Shown: positions 10,421-20,616 of the stretch, in pieces
Numbering within the stretch: position 1 is the first letter of the stretch
How the letters are laid out: each line of letters starts with the position of its first letter
Source: an uncultured Poribacteria bacterium
GTDB lineage: Bacteria; Poribacteria; WGA-4E; WGA-3G
Length of the DNA stretch: 64,000 nt
Assembly: GCA_958296135.2 (NCBI GenBank)
Contig: CATQHZ020000001.1
Coordinates: 4,352,001-4,416,000, forward strand
Direction of reading: 5' to 3'
Made by a program: the position numbers and the translations under genes
Notes under the pieces: generated by a model
What the model was told of the DNA's origin: nothing
Seen by the model: only the letters and a program-made list of their open reading frames with translations
Database searches by the model: none

Positions 10421-10809
10421 ATAGAGAATAGCCACTGAGCCAAACTCAAGATTGCACTCAATGTCGCAACCCCGCCAAAAATCCACATCCCTAACCGAGT
10501 CTTGGCATGATGGGCATTGACCTCATTACGCGCACGCGCTTCAAGCGTACCGCGTATCCACGCAACGTCTACTTTAACATCCGCAACATCCGCCTGCGTC
10601 TGCTTCACATCTGCCTGCGTCTGTTTTCCATCCACCTGCGTCTGCTTCACATCTGCCTGCGTCTGTTTTCCATCCACCTGCGTCTGCTTCACATCCGCCT
10701 GCGTCTGCTTGATATCAGTTTGCATCTGGGGAATAGGGGCAGTCTGCACCTCCAGCTTCGTTAGCCTATCTCCCTGTGCTTCCAACATCTCACGGGTTTC
10801 GCTATCCAT
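10405..10809 (-). CDS. Heptad-repeat coiled-coil protein with C-terminal membrane anchor
   Basis: GGAGG RBS, TTGATT-17-TATAAT promoter; (QTQADVK/QTQVDGK) heptads from a 21-bp tandem repeat; C-terminal TM helix. Confidence 0.8.
   Translation of the reverse strand: MDSETREMLEAQGDRLTKLEVQTAPIPQMQTDIKQTQADVKQTQVDGKQTQADVKQTQVDGKQTQADVKQTQADVADVKVDVAWIRGTLEARARNEVNAHHAKTRLGMWIFGGVATLSAILSLAQWLFSIRPSP
10585..10715. repeat. 21-bp coding tandem repeat (about 6 copies, alternating variants)
   Basis: CATC(C/T)GCCTGCGTCTG(C/T)TT.. repeated inside the coiled-coil gene. Confidence 0.9.
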
Positions 10810-11187
10810 AGTCACACCTCCATTATTGTTTTGACAACTATTATACGACATTCCAGGAGAAAAATCAAGCTTAAACCGCACAGAGGCCAGAACGATTCAG
10901 TTCTCCCCTTTTGTAGTTCGGGCTCGCCCTGCTTCGCAGGCAACCCCAACAGTGGACATCTCTGCGGGAAGATGGACGATCAGGAAAACCTGAGCGTCTT
11001 GACAGGCGTGACCCCGCAGAGATGCCAAAGTTTAGGCGTGACGGTCCAGCTCGGGCGAGCTAGTTTCCCTACAAGGAGGGGGCCGTTGTCAATTTTCACT
11101 GTTGACATCAAAACCGAACACGGAATGTCTTTGCGCAGCGGCAAACCATAAAATAACCAGCTCTGTAGGCACGGTTTGAAACAGCAC

Positions 11188-12999
11188 CTACCAAGGATAC
11201 GCATCCAACGCCCCTTGCCACCTTTTAAGCTGCGCCACGCGCTGGGCGGCATCGGTAGGAATTTCAAGCGGCCTGCCGCGGGTATCCACTACCAAACCGA
11301 CGACACCCCCCATCGCTGTCGCTTCAACGGCGTTGCCGCGTCCAGCCCCGAGGTCGAACCGGCGTTCGGGGTGGAGCTTCACCGTCGCTTTTTCGCCCAA
11401 TGCAAGCGGATACAGCCGCAGTTCACCAAAAGAGATTTCCTCCATCTGCGGCGGTTTGCCAGCGATGTCGATTTCAACGGAGAGACACGCCTCACCCTGC
11501 TTCCCTACGCCGACCGGGGCGATACAGGTACCGAGGTGAATTAAACAATCGCGTTCAAAAACGTGCGTCGCGGCTTCCGCATTCACCTGCGCGAGGACAC
11601 CGAGCTGCGGCATCATGAAGATACTATCCACGGCGAGGTGCGTGAGCCCCTCGGGTTGGAATGCATCTATCATCATCAGCATCGCCTGCTGCCGGCGCGG
11701 CGCATGCGACAGCACGCCGCCACTCCCAACCAGCATGTCTAAACTCAGCATATTCACAAGCGTCTGCCCGCTTTCTGTCTGATCGAACGCTTCGGAGATG
11801 GTGCGCTGTTGCTGCACGCCGCGCAATTCCACGGCGAGCTGCTTGTGTTGCTCAAACGCTAACCGCAGTGCCTCGCGCGCGATGGCTTGTTCCAAAACCA
11901 ACTCCTGCAACGTTTGTGGAATCGTCGTCGGGCGAATCATCTTGTTTTTCACGCGATTCCGAAGATCTCCCACCTCAATGTCAAACGGCACCCATCGCAG
12001 GACGTTCTCAAGTCCGGCTTCGGCGAGGACGTTAGAAACGCTATAACTCATGCCGAGGTTCGCACTGACGGTGCGATTGAAAATCGGCGCCGCCTCCCTA
12101 TTTTTGAAAACGGAGAACACATCGGTAGTCGCGCCGCCGATGTCCACACCGACTACCTTAATATCCTGTTGCGCCGCTACAGTCTGGATAATCGCGCCTA
12201 CCGCGCCCGGTGTCGGCATGATAGGCGCATCTGTCCAACCGATGAGTTTCTTATAGCCCGGCGCGTGTGCCATGACGTGTTCAAGGAACTGCTCCTGAAT
12301 CTTGAGGCGCGTCGGCATCAACTCCTCGCGCTCTAAAACCGGACGGAGATTGTCCACTATCTCCAAGGACATCACACCTTCCAAGCATTCCCGAATCAGT
12401 TCGCGGGCATCTTTGTTCCCGGCGTAGATCAGCGGCAGCTCGTATGCAATGCCTAACCGCGGCTGAGGCCGCGCCGCGGCGATAATCTCCGCCAATTCCA
12501 CGACGTGTGAAGTGGTGCCGCCATCTACGCCGCCGGAGAGGAGAAGCATGTCCGGACGCAAGTGCCGAATCCGTTCAATCTTCTCGTGCGGGAGGCGTTT
12601 GTCGTTGGATGCGATGACATCCATGACAATCGCGCCGGCACCGAGCGCAGCGCGCTCCGCACTCTCCGCCGTGAGATTCCGGACAACGCCGGCCACCATC
12701 ATCTGCAACCCACCGCCTGCACTGCTGGTTGAAATGTAGAGATCTACGCCTTCGTCGCCGCGTTGCGGTTTCAAGATAACCCCATCGTCCAGCAATTTCC
12801 GGCCGGCGAGCTCCTCCACTTCGGTGATAGCGTTGATAACGCCAGCGGTTACGTCTTCGACAGGTGCCTCCACGGTGGTAGGTGATTCGCCGCGCACGAT
12901 GAGCTGATAGGCACCGCCGCGCTTCTCAATCAGAATCGCTTTGGTTGTGGTGCTGCCACAATCTGTGGCAAGAATCGAACGGATATCCCCTTCTGGCAT
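11188..12999 (-). CDS. Glutamate mutase L (GlmL)-like ASKHA ATPase / reactivase family protein
   Basis: TDCGSTTTK, SSAGGGL, LSGGVDGG, MPTP and VDIGGATTDVFS motifs. Start taken at MPEGD; the ORF-track extension is REP sequence. Confidence 0.85.
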   Translation of the reverse strand: MPEGDIRSILATDCGSTTTKAILIEKRGGAYQLIVRGESPTTVEAPVEDVTAGVINAITEVEELAGRKLLDDGVILKPQRGDEGVDLYISTSSAGGGLQMMVAGVVRNLTAESAERAALGAGAIVMDVIASNDKRLPHEKIERIRHLRPDMLLLSGGVDGGTTSHVVELAEIIAAARPQPRLGIAYELPLIYAGNKDARELIRECLEGVMSLEIVDNLRPVLEREELMPTRLKIQEQFLEHVMAHAPGYKKLIGWTDAPIMPTPGAVGAIIQTVAAQQDIKVVGVDIGGATTDVFSVFKNREAAPIFNRTVSANLGMSYSVSNVLAEAGLENVLRWVPFDIEVGDLRNRVKNKMIRPTTIPQTLQELVLEQAIAREALRLAFEQHKQLAVELRGVQQQRTISEAFDQTESGQTLVNMLSLDMLVGSGGVLSHAPRRQQAMLMMIDAFQPEGLTHLAVDSIFMMPQLGVLAQVNAEAATHVFERDCLIHLGTCIAPVGVGKQGEACLSVEIDIAGKPPQMEEISFGELRLYPLALGEKATVKLHPERRFDLGAGRGNAVEATAMGGVVGLVVDTRGRPLEIPTDAAQRVAQLKRWQGALDAYPW

Positions 13000-13059
13000 A
13001 GGTGTTGTGTTCCTTTGGAAGCGGGCGGATAGAGACATCCGTCCCTACAATCGCCTTGG

Positions 13060-13851
13060 TTAATACCCCAACTGCTGCAAATACTCGCGATTGACAGACA
13101 TGCGCTCCACATCCGACCGGGCTTCTACCTGCCCAGGGCATGCAGTAACCCATCTGTCGTAGCCGAGCTCGTCTAGTGTCGCCATGATCTCGGGGAAGTC
13201 CATAACGGTGCCGCCGCCCACATCCACCCAGTTCACATCGTAAGGCGTGCCATCGCCGCCGGTAACCCCCGAATAATCCTGCAGGTGGACATAGACGAGC
13301 GCATCGCGATAGCGGCGGATGGATGCAACCGGGTCATAGCCCCAAAGCGCGGAATGCGACACGTCAATACAGAGTTTGCATTTGCGGAGCAGGCTCATAT
13401 ATTTCGCCCAGTCGTCAATCGAATCGACGGTGGTGTTGGTATGGATATGATAGCAGACCTCGAGGCCATACTGCGCCGCGTATTCTGCCCAGTCTTCGGA
13501 CACATCGGCGAGCGCGGCAAGATCGGTGTTATCTACCGGCCGGTCGCCCGGTTTCCCCGCACCCATAAACATAAAGCAGTCTGCTTCCACTTCCGCTGCA
13601 AAATCGATGCGCCGTTTGTTCAGTTCCATCTGCTGCCGCTCCTTGTCCAGCGGCAGTCCACGCGCGGTGACAGCGGCGACTGGAAGTCCGACGTTATCAC
13701 ACACCTGTCGGATGCGGTTCGGCGTGCCTACCCAGTCTAAGGCCTGCCGCATTTCCCAGCCATCCCAGCCAGCCGCCTTGAGCTGCGTAAGGAGTTCCTC
13801 GAAATCTGGCGTTTGCCAGCGTAAGGTGCTGTATCCAAATTTGAAAGCCAT
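13060..13851 (-). CDS. Sugar phosphate isomerase/epimerase (IolE/xylose isomerase-like TIM barrel)
   Basis: GWDGWE, CYHIH, CIDVSH, YVHLQD, GYDRW motifs; GGAGG RBS. Confidence 0.85.
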   Translation of the reverse strand: MAFKFGYSTLRWQTPDFEELLTQLKAAGWDGWEMRQALDWVGTPNRIRQVCDNVGLPVAAVTARGLPLDKERQQMELNKRRIDFAAEVEADCFMFMGAGKPGDRPVDNTDLAALADVSEDWAEYAAQYGLEVCYHIHTNTTVDSIDDWAKYMSLLRKCKLCIDVSHSALWGYDPVASIRRYRDALVYVHLQDYSGVTGGDGTPYDVNWVDVGGGTVMDFPEIMATLDELGYDRWVTACPGQVEARSDVERMSVNREYLQQLGY

Positions 13852-13969
13852 AGTTTCCTCCTAATGACACCTCGCGGGGGACAGGCCCCCGCGCTACGTT
13901 CCAAAGAACTGCCCCTCTATCGTAGGGCGAGGGCCTGTCCCTCGCCAAACAACGCCGTTCAACGTTTCT

Positions 13970-15130
13970 TTAACCACGATACAACGTCCGCATCTGCTGG
14001 ATAACCTTCGGCAATTTCGCGAGAACCTCGTCAATTTCCGCCTCCGTCGTATTTCTGCCGAGGGAGAAGCGGACGGTGCCTTGCGCTAACCGCGGCGGCA
14101 ACCCTAATGCCGCAAGCACATGCGACGGCTCCATCGAACCCGAAGTGCATGCCGAACCCGTCGAAACACAGATGCCCTCCATATCCAACCGCAAGATGAG
14201 GCTTTCGCCCTCAATGTTTTCAAAGGAGACGTTGAGGGTGCCGGGGGCACAATAGTCTGGATGTCCGTTATAGTGAAGCCCACTGAGATGCGCATCTAAC
14301 CCCTCGCGCAATCGCTCGGTTACGTTATGGAGGTGCGCGGCGTAAACACCCTGCTCCCGTTTGGCAAACTCGGCAGCGGCACCGAGCCCGACGATGGCAG
14401 GCACATTCTCCGAGCCAGCACGACGATTCCGTTCGTGCGAACCGCCGTGGACAAGATTCGCCAATCGGGTGCCGCGGCGAATGTAAAGCACACCGATGCC
14501 CTTCGGCCCGTAAATTTTGTGCCCCGACAACGTCAGCAGGTTAACACCCAACGCCTGAACGTCAATATCCAACTTCCCTACCGATTGCACGGCATCGGTA
14601 TGCAACGGAATCCCATGCTCTCGTGCAATCTCGCAAATTTCTTCAAGCGGCTGAATGGTGCCGTTCTCGTTGTTGACGTGCATGATGGATATCAGCACCG
14701 TCGTGTCGCGAATAGCGGCGCGAAGTTGCTCCAAGCAGACACGGCCATACCGGTCGACCGGGAGATACGTCACTTCAAACCCGCGTTGCTCAAGGTAGTG
14801 GCACGTATGCAACACGGCGTGATGCTCCACAGACGAAGTGATGATATGATTCCCCTTGCCCCGGCTCTTTTCGAGTTCCGTCAGCCCTTTGATAGCGTGG
14901 TTATCCGCTTCAGTACCACTGCCGGTGAACACGATTTCGCTTGAACTCTTCGCACTGATAAGCGCGGCGACTTGCTCGCGGGCGGTATCAATCGCGTTGC
15001 GCGCCTCGCGTCCGTAGGCATGAATGCTAGCACCGTTGCCGAACGCCTCTGTGAAATAGGGCATCATCGCATCCCGCACTTCGGGACGGAGCGGTGTAGT
15101 GGCGTTGTAATCTAAATAGATACGTTGCAT
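13970..15130 (-). CDS. iscS: Cysteine desulfurase (IscS/NifS type)
   Basis: YLDYNATTP, HTDAVQ, SGHKIYGPKG (PLP Lys), STGSACTSGS catalytic Cys. Confidence 0.93.
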   Translation of the reverse strand: MQRIYLDYNATTPLRPEVRDAMMPYFTEAFGNGASIHAYGREARNAIDTAREQVAALISAKSSSEIVFTGSGTEADNHAIKGLTELEKSRGKGNHIITSSVEHHAVLHTCHYLEQRGFEVTYLPVDRYGRVCLEQLRAAIRDTTVLISIMHVNNENGTIQPLEEICEIAREHGIPLHTDAVQSVGKLDIDVQALGVNLLTLSGHKIYGPKGIGVLYIRRGTRLANLVHGGSHERNRRAGSENVPAIVGLGAAAEFAKREQGVYAAHLHNVTERLREGLDAHLSGLHYNGHPDYCAPGTLNVSFENIEGESLILRLDMEGICVSTGSACTSGSMEPSHVLAALGLPPRLAQGTVRFSLGRNTTEAEIDEVLAKLPKVIQQMRTLYRG

Positions 15131-15145
15131 GGTTATGTCCGTGCG

Positions 15146-16498
15146 CTACTCATAAGTTCGATGATTCAGAAAGGTTATCCGATTCGGAAAAATTTCAACA
15201 TTCACCCGGTTACGTAAAGCAACACCACCGTTCCGATTTAAAAACGAGAGGTTCACCGTATGCGTCCCTGTGGGAAGCGGCATCCGCACCATCAATATCT
15301 GGTTCGGCAGCGTCTGCCATGAACGCGTATCCGCGCCTTCTGTAAACACACCGGCAAGGTTCACGAGTGTCCCTAAAAGACCGTCTTTCTTGTTTGCCTC
15401 GCGGTATAGGAGGTATTTTCCCAAAGCACGTAACAAAGTTCGGAAGAGAATTATGGGGTAATCGGCCTCAAAGGTTTCCAACGCGATTTTTTCGACATCT
15501 TCTACCAAAACCCCTCTCGCCTGCGCTTGGCCCACCTGCACGTTAATCCCCGCGAATTTCGGACGTTTTGAATGGCTTATAGGCATCGCAACGCGCAGGA
15601 GGTATTCCAATTCAACTTCGGGATAGGTTCGTCCCTCGCGCCCTAAAAGTGTCGGAATAAACTTTTCAATTTCCTCATCGTCTTCGCCGAACTTATCTAT
15701 CTTCAAAATAGGAAATACCAGGTCGAACTGTTCCTTCTCTGGCACATATCCCGTTTCATAAAAGAGGATCAGCTCGCCATGGCCTTCAGGATGTGCAGGC
15801 GGTTCCCCATATTGCTTTTCGTAACGCGTAACAAACTCAGTAAATCCCAATTTGCGCGACAATCTCACCAGAGAATTGCCAACATCTTCGGGCAGTGACA
15901 CCTCTGTCTTCTCCGCGGCCTTTTGATAATATTCTTCAGCCTGTCGGTAAGAGATGAAGGCATCGTTCCACTCACCGGCGGCTTCAAAAACCATGGCAGA
16001 CAGATGCGCCGAAAAAGCACTCCCAAAGAAATCATAGTTCTTAACATCACTTTTGAACGCGTTGATGATGCCTGCCGCTTGGCGGCATTCTACGAGTGCC
16101 CCGTCAAGTTGATTGAGATACACGTAGTTGAGAATCTGATAGTAGTAGCCCAAAAGCCGCTCATAACGTTTGCCGGGATACGGACGCACCTTATCGGAAG
16201 TGAGAAGCGAGAGTGCCTCTTTTGAAAGACTCTTCGTCCACCGGTCATCGGCGATAACTTCTGCCTGCTCAAGGGCCTGGTTGCTATCCGAAAACTGGTT
16301 CGCGTAATGCGCAACCAACCCGAACTCAAAGAGCAGCGGGATATCCGCCTTCTTCGCCGCCTGTTTCTTCAGGTTCGTGTAGGCCTGCACATACGCCCCA
16401 GTCTCCATCGAAACACGGAGCTCTTGCATGCTATACGGACTACACCCCACTGCTAGCAAGAACAATAGGAACAACAGAATCGGTAATATTTTGCTCAT
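15146..16498 (-). CDS. COG3014-family TPR-like lipoprotein
   Basis: Lipobox LAVGC, PYPGKRYER, ADTRSWQTLP motif; adjacent to an LpoB-like gene. Confidence 0.8.
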   Translation of the reverse strand: MSKILPILLFLLFLLAVGCSPYSMQELRVSMETGAYVQAYTNLKKQAAKKADIPLLFEFGLVAHYANQFSDSNQALEQAEVIADDRWTKSLSKEALSLLTSDKVRPYPGKRYERLLGYYYQILNYVYLNQLDGALVECRQAAGIINAFKSDVKNYDFFGSAFSAHLSAMVFEAAGEWNDAFISYRQAEEYYQKAAEKTEVSLPEDVGNSLVRLSRKLGFTEFVTRYEKQYGEPPAHPEGHGELILFYETGYVPEKEQFDLVFPILKIDKFGEDDEEIEKFIPTLLGREGRTYPEVELEYLLRVAMPISHSKRPKFAGINVQVGQAQARGVLVEDVEKIALETFEADYPIILFRTLLRALGKYLLYREANKKDGLLGTLVNLAGVFTEGADTRSWQTLPNQILMVRMPLPTGTHTVNLSFLNRNGGVALRNRVNVEIFPNRITFLNHRTYE

Positions 16499-16679
16499 AA
16501 TTTCGTGTGTGGGCGATAGGCGCGCTTTGATGAAGATTCAAAAAAGAAACGGCTCATTTTTTGCCCGATGGAAACAGGCGGATAGAGACATCCGCCCTGA
16601 CACGCATAGCGCGTGCACGCTCCCCGAAAATCATCCGATTAACTACTGAAACTTCAAGGCGGCGCGCCGACAAGCGCAA

Positions 16680-17282
16680 CTACATTTTGAACTTACCGCG
16701 CCCGATGAACTTCTTAATCTTTTTCTGCCCGATCCAGACTTTCTCGTTAGTCTCGATGTTCGTCAACGTCAAATCTGTCTGATAAAATATGACCTGGTCG
16801 CCACCCTCGCGGTCTTCGATGGTGTTGATTTCGCCTGTCATCATGTAATCGGCACCGAGTTCCCGGCCCATCCGTTTGATGGTTTCGATGGCGGCGAATT
16901 CGCCCTGGTCGGTGCGCTCCTCGCGAAGCTCGCCACGTTCACTAGCACTTGACACAGTGCGAACCTTCCCGGAATTGATAAAAGCGCGCTCAATATCGCT
17001 AATGAACGTCTGGACAGCAATGTGCTCCATGCTCTTGTTCCGAATGCCACCGACGATGACGACCGGTTTCGCCGATGCATCTACCATGTGATCGGTCAGC
17101 CAAGGATGGGTCAAACAATCGCCGATGATGCCATCCGCCACGAGGCGGGAATCAGAATCGTTCCAACGGCCGGAAAGATCGATGGTGGTATCGCTATCGA
17201 CGCGCGTCACCTGTTTCGCAGGACTACACCCGATGAGAAGGACAAGTCCGAACAGTAGAGGATATGTCAAAATTTTATACAT
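16680..17282 (-). CDS. LpoB/CsgG-like lipoprotein (PBP activator family)
   Basis: Lipobox LIGC, DLSGRWNDSD, NKSMEHI, GADYMMTG, KVWIGQKKIKK. Confidence 0.8.
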   Translation of the reverse strand: MYKILTYPLLFGLVLLIGCSPAKQVTRVDSDTTIDLSGRWNDSDSRLVADGIIGDCLTHPWLTDHMVDASAKPVVIVGGIRNKSMEHIAVQTFISDIERAFINSGKVRTVSSASERGELREERTDQGEFAAIETIKRMGRELGADYMMTGEINTIEDREGGDQVIFYQTDLTLTNIETNEKVWIGQKKIKKFIGRGKFKM

Positions 17283-17448
17283 GAGGCTTTTTCCTTTCTT
17301 TATTGCGGGCGGATAGAGACATCCGCCCTTACCTTTCTTTATGCGGGCGTTTGCCCGCGTATCATGTAGCGCGGGGGGCCTGCCCCCCCGCGAACCTTTC
17401 GCGTCCCACGGACAAAGGGGACATGCTTAGGTTTCATTTTCATCAAAA

Positions 17449-19242
17449 TCAAAAATCCAAATCGGCTTCGGCAACGATTTTGTCAACGCAAGCGGCAAGA
17501 GGCATCGCGCCGATGTCGCCATCATCGCGGCTGCGGACGCTGACGGTGCGGTTCTCCTGTTCGCGTCCACCGATGATGAGCATATACGGCACCCGCTCCA
17601 AGCGCGCCTGCCGAATTTTCGCGCCAATCTTGTCGTCGCTACCGTTCAATTCAACACGGCACCCCTTTTGCAGCAGCAACTGCTGCACTTCTCTGCCGTA
17701 GTCGACAAAACGTTCGCTGATAGTCATCACGACGCACTGCACTGGTGCCAGCCACGTCGGAAACGCGCCTGCGTAATGCTCAATCAGCATCGCGATGAAA
17801 CGTTCAAAACTGCCGCACAGCGCGCGATGGACGACAACAGGACGCTTTTCACTACCATCCCGCGCAACGTAAATCAACCCAAAACGTTCCGGCAGCTGGA
17901 AATCAAGTTGCACAGTGGCACATTGCACCTCGCGGTTGAGCGAATCCTTCACCTGAAAATCAAGTTTCGGCCCGTAAAATGCCGCTTCGCCCGGGTCTAC
18001 CGTGTAGGCGATCTGGTTGTTTTTCAGCACGTCTTCCAGCATGGCTTCGGCGCGATGCCACACCTCAATATCGCCCATGAACTTTTCCGGGTTGCGGGTG
18101 CTTAAATTGCACCGGAACGGCAGGTGGAACGTCCCGTAAATCCGCTGAAAGAGCCCGAGGATGCGTTCATACTCCTCGGCGATTTGCGCCTCGGTGATGA
18201 AGTTATGCGCGTCGTCTTGGCACAGCTGCCGCACGCGCGAGAGCCCGCTCAGCGTCCCCGTCGCTTCGTTCCGATGCAACACACCCTGGTCAAACAGGCG
18301 ATAGGGCAAATCGCGATAACTGTGGCGTTTGCTGCGGTAAATCAACATGTGCGCTGGGCAGTTCATCGGTTTGAGCGCGCTCGCCGGTTCACCCTCTCCG
18401 CTCTCAATAACGAACATATTCTCCCTGAAATGTTCCCAATGCCCGGACGTTTCCCACAGGCTACTATCGTAAATGAGCGGTGTGCGCACTTCCTGATAGC
18501 CTTCGCTCAAATAGAGCTTCCTCACTTTCTCCGACAAGAGGTTGTAAATGAGCGCGCCTTTCGGCAGCCAAAACGCGCTGCCGGGCGATTCCGGGTACAT
18601 CTGGAACAGTTCCAATTCGCGCCCCAATTTCCGATGGTCGCGCTTCGCGGCCTCCTCGCGCTGTGTCAAGTAGGCTGTCAGGGCAGCCTTCGTCTCCCAG
18701 GCAGTGCCGTAAACCCGCTGCAACTGCTCACGATGGCTATCGCCGCGCCAATAGGCACCGGAGACGCGGAGCAGTTTGAAGTGGCGGCATTCACCGGTGG
18801 TGTCAACGTGCGGGCCCTTGCAGAGGTCGGTGAAGTCGCCGTTGTGATAGATGGACACGCCTTCGTCAGCGACACCTTCCGCGCTTGCGCTGACCTCCCG
18901 GTCAGAAATGCCATCGATGAGTTCGAGTTTGAATTTCTGGTCGCGCGCGGCGAACCAAGTGCGCGCCTTGTCGTAATCCCAGTTCTCCTGCAGAAAAGGC
19001 ACGTTCGCGCGGACCATCGCCTTCATGTGCCGTTCAATTTCGGGGAAATCGTCGGGCGTAATCGGGCGCGGCACCTCCATATCGTAATAGAACTCGTTCT
19101 CAATAGGCGGGCCAATCGCAAGTTTCACGCTGGTTTCGCCATCAGGAAAAAGTTGTTGCACGGCATACGCCATGATATGCGCCGTGGAATGACGCAGCCG
19201 CTGTAGATACTCGGCGTTGTCAGGTTGATTGGATTCATGCAT
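17449..19242 (-). CDS. thrS: Threonine--tRNA ligase
   Basis: RHSTAH editing motif, DLCKGPH, RDHRKLG, LKPMNCPAH, AFYGPK, QLDF, HRA; lacks the N-terminal TGS domain. Confidence 0.97.
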   Translation of the reverse strand: MHESNQPDNAEYLQRLRHSTAHIMAYAVQQLFPDGETSVKLAIGPPIENEFYYDMEVPRPITPDDFPEIERHMKAMVRANVPFLQENWDYDKARTWFAARDQKFKLELIDGISDREVSASAEGVADEGVSIYHNGDFTDLCKGPHVDTTGECRHFKLLRVSGAYWRGDSHREQLQRVYGTAWETKAALTAYLTQREEAAKRDHRKLGRELELFQMYPESPGSAFWLPKGALIYNLLSEKVRKLYLSEGYQEVRTPLIYDSSLWETSGHWEHFRENMFVIESGEGEPASALKPMNCPAHMLIYRSKRHSYRDLPYRLFDQGVLHRNEATGTLSGLSRVRQLCQDDAHNFITEAQIAEEYERILGLFQRIYGTFHLPFRCNLSTRNPEKFMGDIEVWHRAEAMLEDVLKNNQIAYTVDPGEAAFYGPKLDFQVKDSLNREVQCATVQLDFQLPERFGLIYVARDGSEKRPVVVHRALCGSFERFIAMLIEHYAGAFPTWLAPVQCVVMTISERFVDYGREVQQLLLQKGCRVELNGSDDKIGAKIRQARLERVPYMLIIGGREQENRTVSVRSRDDGDIGAMPLAACVDKIVAEADLDF

Positions 19243-19610
19243 TGCGGTTTGCTCTCTTTAAAATTAACGCTTTTTGTCAAAGCGCGGATTACCTTAATAT
19301 TTTAACCTATCCGGGCGGCAATTGCAAGTTTTTTTGTTAGGCATCGGCAAAATCCCTTAACACCATATCACGAAAAGGCAGAAATGTTAAGAAAAAAGCT
19401 GCCAGGCCCCATTTAGTTTTCACATTTTCGCGTCTCCTTCGTAGGTGGAGATGAGCTCGTCGGAGCTTGAATTGTCTGAAGGGCCCGATCGGTTCAGTTC
19501 CGGCAGTTCGGGCCTGTCCGAGCCCAAACGCGCAGGAGAGGAAAGCACCAAATAGAGAACTGAATCGTCCTGAAAAGCATCGGGACGAGGATAACCCTAT
19601 TTTTCCAGTA

Positions 19611-19654
19611 CCGTAAAAAGGCAGCGTCACGCGTTTGACGCTGCCTTTTTACGG
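19611..19654. terminator. Bidirectional intrinsic terminator-like hairpin downstream of the ECF sigma gene
   Basis: CCGTAAAAAGGCAGCGTCA-cgcgtt-TGACGCTGCCTTTTTACGG, perfect 19-bp inverted repeat. Confidence 0.8.
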
Positions 19655-19704
19655 TAAGGGTGCCCCGATTAATCGGCCGTTTCCCCTGCTTTTAGTGTGG
19701 AGCC

Positions 19705-20478
19705 TCACTTTGAACATGCTGAGCTCCCGATGAGACTTTTCCACTGCTTCATGGCGTGTTTCAAACCCCTCACAACGGCTCTCGGCGAGACATGCATGGA
19801 CTGAGCGGTTTCGGCGAGAGAAAGCTGGTCCAACAGATACCGTTCTGCCATTTGCGCCTCGTCCACCGGGATGACAGCGAGCAAATCGATTGCCTCTATC
19901 GCCTCCTCGTCCATGGATAAGAGCCAGTCGTCAAAACGGTTGGCGACAGTTTTCAAAAACTCTCGCGCCCGTCTCACCCTGTTCCCGACAGCTCTCTCTG
20001 TCGCGTGGGTTAACGCCGCTATCTGCTTGTATGTGGAACCTTCAAGATGATGGAGTTCCAGCACCTGCCGGTCTTTCGGCGGCAGCAAGAAAAGCAAGCG
20101 GTTTTGCAGCGTAACCCGCGTCCGCCTGATGTCGTACTGCTCTGTAGACTGGTAATCGACTGCGTCTCCAATGTAGCGCGACTGCGTGTCGTCAAAAGGG
20201 ACTTGATTGCCCCGATGTTCAGTTTCACGAAGCCTATCTATGGCAAGATGCCGCGCGATAGTTTTTAACCACCCCGGAAATTTTGCCGCATCGCTGAGCC
20301 GATGGAGATTATTGAACGCCTTCACGAAGGCATCGTCGGTGACCTCCTCGGCATCCTCGTAGTTTTCCAAGATGGGGCGGACTACCTGGAAAACGGAATG
20401 GTAATACTTTCGGTAAATCGAAGTCTGGGCGGCTTCGTCGTCCGCCAATTCTTGGATACGTTCTGCGTCATCGTTCAT
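19705..20478 (-). CDS. ECF sigma-70 factor with a C-terminal extra region-4-like HTH
   Basis: DAEEVTDDAFVKAF and FPGWLKTIARHLAID (region 2), LPPKDRQVLEL..EGSTYKQIA (region 4), then LDQLSLAETAQSMHVSPRAV. Confidence 0.9.
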   Translation of the reverse strand: MNDDAERIQELADDEAAQTSIYRKYYHSVFQVVRPILENYEDAEEVTDDAFVKAFNNLHRLSDAAKFPGWLKTIARHLAIDRLRETEHRGNQVPFDDTQSRYIGDAVDYQSTEQYDIRRTRVTLQNRLLFLLPPKDRQVLELHHLEGSTYKQIAALTHATERAVGNRVRRAREFLKTVANRFDDWLLSMDEEAIEAIDLLAVIPVDEAQMAERYLLDQLSLAETAQSMHVSPRAVVRGLKHAMKQWKSLIGSSACSK

Positions 20479-20616
20479 AATTCCTTCCTCCCATATTTGA
20501 GGTGAGGTAACTCAGATTGTATGACAGCACCGATAGTCAACTCAGTTGCAGTATCCGTTCTGCATCTTCATCATTCCTTCTTCTGCGTTGCAGTGAGGGA
20601 ACGATGAAAATGCACA

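Noticed and set aside
17449-19242. ThrRS lacking the TGS domain as a novelty
   Set aside because: Short ThrRS forms are widespread; editing and catalytic motifs are intact.
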